From Desulfovibrionaceae bacterium (GTDB lineage Bacteria; Desulfobacterota; Desulfovibrionia; Desulfovibrionales; Desulfovibrionaceae): a DNA stretch of 64,000 nucleotides. The stretch spans positions 14,156 through 78,155 of the forward strand of contig CAXXPO010000006.1 of NCBI GenBank assembly GCA_963665185.2. The letters run 5' to 3'. A program made the position numbers and the translations under genes. The notes under the pieces were generated by a model that saw only the letters and a program-made list of their open reading frames with translations, ran no database searches and was not told where the DNA came from. Shown piece after piece: positions 60,350 through 64,000 of the stretch (the stretch's first letter is position 1; each line of letters begins with the position of its first letter).

Positions 60350-61477
60350 ATGAAAGCCATTCTCGCCCTTGAAGACGGCACGATATTTCATGGCCGTTCC
60401 TTCACCGGCCCTGCAGAGACCTCCGGTGAGGTCATTTTCAACACCGCCATGACCGGATACCAGGAAGTCCTGACCGACCCCTCCTACACCGGGCAGATGG
60501 TCTGCATGACCTATCCGCACATGGGCAATTACGGGGTAAACCCCGAAGACGTGGAATCCGACCGCGTGCGTGCCGCCGCCATGATCGTCAAGGAGTGTTG
60601 CAAAACACCCTCCAACTGGCGGGCCACGGAATCCCTGCCCGAATATCTGCGCAAAGCGGGCGTGCCGGGCATCGAAGGCATCGACACCCGCGCCTTGACA
60701 CGCCATCTGCGCCTGCACGGTGCCATGCGCGGCGTCATCTCCACGGAACAGTCCGATCCTGCCAAACTGGTTGCGCAGGCCAAGTCCATTCCTTCCATGG
60801 AAGGACTCGACCTGGCGTCGCAGGTTACGCCGGATAATCCCTACATATGGACCGGAACCACCACCCGGCCCGTCGAACTGACCGACGGCGCATACGAATG
60901 GACCGGCAACGGCCCCCGGCTGGTGGTCTTCGACTTCGGCGTCAAATGGAACATCCTGCGTCTTCTGACGGACAGCGGATTCGACATGCTCATGGTTCCC
61001 TCCTCGTACACCCGCGAGCAGGTGGCCGCGTTGTCCCCCGATGCCGTGTTCCTTTCCTCCGGTCCCGGCGACCCGGCCGCGCTGCCCGATGTGGCGCATC
61101 AGGTCAGCCTGCTCACCGAGGACTATCCTGTGGGCGGAATCTGCCTGGGCCACCAGATTCTGGGCATGGCCCTGGGCGGCACGACCTACAAGCTCAAGTT
61201 CGGCCACCACGGTGCCAACCATCCGGTGCAGGAAACAGCCACCGGACGTATTGAAATTTCCTCGCAAAACCACGGTTTCTGCGTGGATATCTCCAAACTC
61301 GACTTCCTTACACTGACGCACGTCAATCTCAACGACCGGACGCTTGAAGGCTACGAGCACAAGGAAAAGCCCATCATGGCCTTGCAGTACCACCCGGAAG
61401 CCGGGCCCGGACCGCACGACAGCCGGACCTTTTTCCCCCGCTTCCGCAACTGCGTTAAAAATGTTACGGGAAAGTAG
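60350..61477 (+). CDS. carA: carbamoyl-phosphate synthase small (glutaminase) subunit
   Basis: [36 protein letters not shown]. The ATG abuts the kdsB stop. Confidence 0.93.
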   Translation: MKAILALEDGTIFHGRSFTGPAETSGEVIFNTAMTGYQEVLTDPSYTGQMVCMTYPHMGNYGVNPEDVESDRVRAAAMIVKECCKTPSNWRATESLPEYLRKAGVPGIEGIDTRALTRHLRLHGAMRGVISTEQSDPAKLVAQAKSIPSMEGLDLASQVTPDNPYIWTGTTTRPVELTDGAYEWTGNGPRLVVFDFGVKWNILRLLTDSGFDMLMVPSSYTREQVAALSPDAVFLSSGPGDPAALPDVAHQVSLLTEDYPVGGICLGHQILGMALGGTTYKLKFGHHGANHPVQETATGRIEISSQNHGFCVDISKLDFLTLTHVNLNDRTLEGYEHKEKPIMALQYHPEAGPGPHDSRTFFPRFRNCVKNVTGK

Positions 61478-61542
61478 CCGACCATACCATCGACGAAAAA
61501 GAGACAGATAAAGAGTTCACAACTCGTTGCAAGGAAAGGCCA

Positions 61543-62343
61543 ATGTCCGCCCAACTGATCAAAGCACGCTCACTCATTGCCAGCATCAATTCGCATCTCA
61601 AGCAAAGCAAGCTTATCCCTGCCGCACAGGCTCTCCACGATGCCGTCGTCATCATTTTGCAGAACAAGCTCATGAAGGCTGAAAAGCAGGAATTTGCGCA
61701 ACTGCTCGACACGGCCATCTACGCCCTCAGCGGCAACAAGAAGCTCAAGGAAATCTACCCCCTCATCATCAATTATTCCGAGGGGGAAGAACGTGCGCTT
61801 CTTGAGCAGATAAAGGATCTGCTCAAGGAATTGCAGGCATCGAGCGAAGCCGAAGTAAAGGATCTGCTCAAGCAGATGCAGCAACGCAAGAACGATGGAC
61901 TCAAGGCCGTTGCGGATCTGCTGGAACAGGGCGAAGTGGAGCATGCCAAAAAAGCGGCGGACAGGCTCATCAAGGATTTTCCGCACGACGCCGACCTCAA
62001 GGCGGACATCGCCGACCTGTTTCTCAAGGCCGAGGAATACAAGGTCGCCTTCGACTATCTGGATGCGGCCCTGAAAGACGACCCCGAAGCCGTGCACCTG
62101 TACAACCGCATCGGAATCGTTCTGCGCAAGATGCAGGACTTCACCACGGCGGAACAGTACTATGACCGCGCCCTCACCTTTTGCAAAACAGACGAGTATC
62201 TTTATTTCAATATCGGCCGACTGTACCACGACTGGCAAAAATGGGCCAAGATGGGCGAGGCTGCAAAAAAGGCATTGGAAATCAATCCCAACTTCTCCCA
62301 GGCAGCCAAGATGCTGCAATTCGCCAACAAGAAACTGGGATAA
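61543..62343 (+). CDS. TPR-repeat protein
   Basis: Helical repeats with TPR consensus (A..Y..AL...P.......N.G). Confidence 0.7.
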   Translation: MSAQLIKARSLIASINSHLKQSKLIPAAQALHDAVVIILQNKLMKAEKQEFAQLLDTAIYALSGNKKLKEIYPLIINYSEGEERALLEQIKDLLKELQASSEAEVKDLLKQMQQRKNDGLKAVADLLEQGEVEHAKKAADRLIKDFPHDADLKADIADLFLKAEEYKVAFDYLDAALKDDPEAVHLYNRIGIVLRKMQDFTTAEQYYDRALTFCKTDEYLYFNIGRLYHDWQKWAKMGEAAKKALEINPNFSQAAKMLQFANKKLG

Positions 62344-62364
62344 CGAACCTCACCCGCCGACAAA

Positions 62365-62404
62365 ACAAGGCCCGCTCCTTATGAAAGGAGCGGGCCTTGT
62401 TTTT
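62365..62404. terminator. bidirectional intrinsic terminator
   Basis: 16-bp perfect stem ACAAGGCCCGCTCCTT/AAGGAGCGGGCCTTGT with a 4-nt loop. T-runs on both strands. Confidence 0.88.
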
Positions 62405-62421
62405 AATTGCATGGGCAAACC

Positions 62422-64000
62422 CTACTGCGCCAGCCTGTATATCCTCCCCCATGGAGAATTTTCCACCACCAGCTGAAAGTACGGGGTGAATTCCTTTGGG
62501 TCCTTCACAAGCATTTGCACCATCATGGAGTCGTAAATGACGTCATCCATGACAAAGACCTCGTTGCTCAGACGATTCATGACCACGTTCAGCCCGGTGG
62601 GGTTGGACCACTTGCGGATCTGGGTGGTGTCCGACAGAACAATGGCCAGTTCCTTGATCTTGAGCGGAGGATATTCCCCGGTTACCAGCGTACCGGTCTG
62701 CGTATCTATGCTGACATCGCCGCCCACCTGTCCGACCTGACCGCGCGCATGGCTGCCCGTGGCCACGTTCCACGAACCGAAATCGGAAATCCAGCCTGAC
62801 AATTTGAGATTGTCCCAGGCCAGCACCAGGTATTGCGATGGATGGCGTGTATCCACAGGCATGGCTTTGGTTGAAAGATCGCCCAGGTATTGTTGGGCCC
62901 TGCCTGCGCCCATGTCTTCCAAAAATTCGATAGGATCCAGACTCAGCTCGAAAATACCGGGCACGGTCCACCGGTCCGCCTCGCCATCCCCACCCTCGGC
63001 CTGCACCTGTTTCCAGGTCTGCGCGGCAAAGGTATGCATAAGCTGGGACGCGGCCATGGGACTATACGCCATGTGTACCTTGGCCAGAGGAAAAACCCAG
63101 TTGGAATAATTGCGGCCGCCGTCGGCAAAGGTGTAGCGTCTGGCGTAAAACTGGGCGGCATAGCCGTAATCCCACCATTGCCAGAGCCAGCCGTTCCTCT
63201 CCGTGGCATTTTCGGCCACGTTCAGGGTCCGGGCATATTCACGTGTCAGCACGGGAGCCGGACGCAGCTGCGAACTGAAAATAACCATGGGATAGGCCAC
63301 ACCCGCCAGAAACACCAGCCCGGCAACCCAGCGCAATGCCCGGGGAGCCTTGAACAGATCCCCCACCGCCAGTCCCAGTCCGAGAAACCCCAGTCCCAAT
63401 GTCGGCCCTCCATACATGGAGAACCTATACCCGAAGCGGGTGCTGGCAAGGCCGAGCAACAAGAGCGGCAAAAAAGCCAGGCAGGCCGGACGCCGCCAGC
63501 AGAGATAACCGTATCCGGCGACTCCCCCCCAAAAGATGGTCCAATGGCCCGCTATCTGTTCGATAATCAGGGCCAACGGCGCATTTTGGGCCTCACGCAC
63601 GCTCTGCCGGATGCCCGGCAGCTGCAGCGCGGCCTCCACACTCTGGGACGCGTTGCCCAATCCGCCCGACACGTGGGTCGGCTTGAGCCATGTCAAAACG
63701 TGGCTCAGCATGCCTCGCACAATCTCGCCCTCAAAGACAACCACGGCAATCACGAAAACTCCCGCCAATCCCCAGAGCATGCGCTGCTCCGCCAACAACG
63801 CGGGCCGCTTCCAGGCGACAACGGCCAGGAGGGCGGCAGCAAGCACGCCGGGCCAGCCGAAGAACAAGGGAGCCGTGGACAGGCACGCTGCGCACAGGGC
63901 GGTCAGACGCAGGCCCGGTACTGCCAGGACAAATCCGGCCACCCCGGCCAATCCCAAGGTCGCCAGCATGATGGACATGCCGCTGGCGTAAAAAATATAA
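62422..64000 (-). CDS. STT3/PglB-type oligosaccharyltransferase, 5' end beyond window
   Basis: WQWWDYGYAAQF carries the WWDYG catalytic motif, preceded by multiple transmembrane helices and followed by a soluble C-terminal domain. The frame stays open from 63978 to base 64000. Confidence 0.8.
   Translation of the reverse strand, partial: YIFYASGMSIMLATLGLAGVAGFVLAVPGLRLTALCAACLSTAPLFFGWPGVLAAALLAVVAWKRPALLAEQRMLWGLAGVFVIAVVVFEGEIVRGMLSHVLTWLKPTHVSGGLGNASQSVEAALQLPGIRQSVREAQNAPLALIIEQIAGHWTIFWGGVAGYGYLCWRRPACLAFLPLLLLGLASTRFGYRFSMYGGPTLGLGFLGLGLAVGDLFKAPRALRWVAGLVFLAGVAYPMVIFSSQLRPAPVLTREYARTLNVAENATERNGWLWQWWDYGYAAQFYARRYTFADGGRNYSNWVFPLAKVHMAYSPMAASQLMHTFAAQTWKQVQAEGGDGEADRWTVPGIFELSLDPIEFLEDMGAGRAQQYLGDLSTKAMPVDTRHPSQYLVLAWDNLKLSGWISDFGSWNVATGSHARGQVGQVGGDVSIDTQTGTLVTGEYPPLKIKELAIVLSDTTQIRKWSNPTGLNVVMNRLSNEVFVMDDVIYDSMMVQMLVKDPKEFTPYFQLVVENSPWGRIYRLAQ

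Overview
This is a 64-kb, gene-dense, high-GC bacterial chromosome segment with Desulfovibrionaceae-type content. The gene at 5064-7793 is collinear with the Desulfovibrio gigas MOP aldehyde oxidoreductase as I remember that sequence. I recognised no rRNA, tRNA, CRISPR array, transposase or integrase.

Content from left to right:
1. A minus-strand molybdoenzyme cluster. It starts with a molybdopterin-binding protein and Mop. Behind an intrinsic terminator come a GltD/ferredoxin/HdrD-like fusion flavoprotein, a 70-aa double-CxxC protein, a SAM methyltransferase and a C_GCAxxG_C_C protein. The last gene is a radical SAM enzyme that runs off the left edge and is missing from the ORF track.
2. A lipoprotein with tandem metallophosphatase/5'-nucleotidase modules, a DASS transporter, an M24 peptidase, and CoA-binding, YkgJ and J-domain genes.
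3. A visibly AT-richer two-gene insert (radical SAM/SPASM plus a GT-A-like protein) behind a sigma-54-type promoter.
4. Two unknown coupled genes, then a roughly 1079-codon AMIN-TPR protein split by a 1-nt deletion. Next is a sensor-less sigma-54 activator divergent from a vWA-OmpA gene that has its own -24/-12 promoter.
5. A 0.9-kb ORF-poor gap between convergent genes.
6. A TetR/AhpD-like pair, rfbC-rfbA, a tiny Cys-rich protein, an ArnT-like GT-C enzyme and a Cache histidine kinase.
7. cbpA-cbpM-clpB.
8. A polysaccharide deacetylase, a second C_GCAxxG_C_C gene, pdxA, glgB-CBM48-glgA, a NUDIX gene and dhaK-dhaL-dhaM(HPr-EI).
9. tsaC, a trmH-like gene, hypE-hypD, an HD-domain gene, ddl, waaA, kdsB, carA, a TPR gene, and a WWDYG oligosaccharyltransferase (PglB/STT3-like) that runs off the right edge.

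Most noteworthy observations:
- The unexplained accessory cluster coupled to Mop.
- The sigma-54-driven radical SAM/SPASM pair.
- The sensor-less activator with its vWA-OmpA target.
- A 3.8-kb zone (44.16-48.0 kb) holding 11 of the 12 homopolymer frameshifts I found. It breaks glgB, a CBM48 gene, glgA (six times), the NUDIX gene and dhaK.

All functional calls rest on motif recognition by eye. No database search was run.
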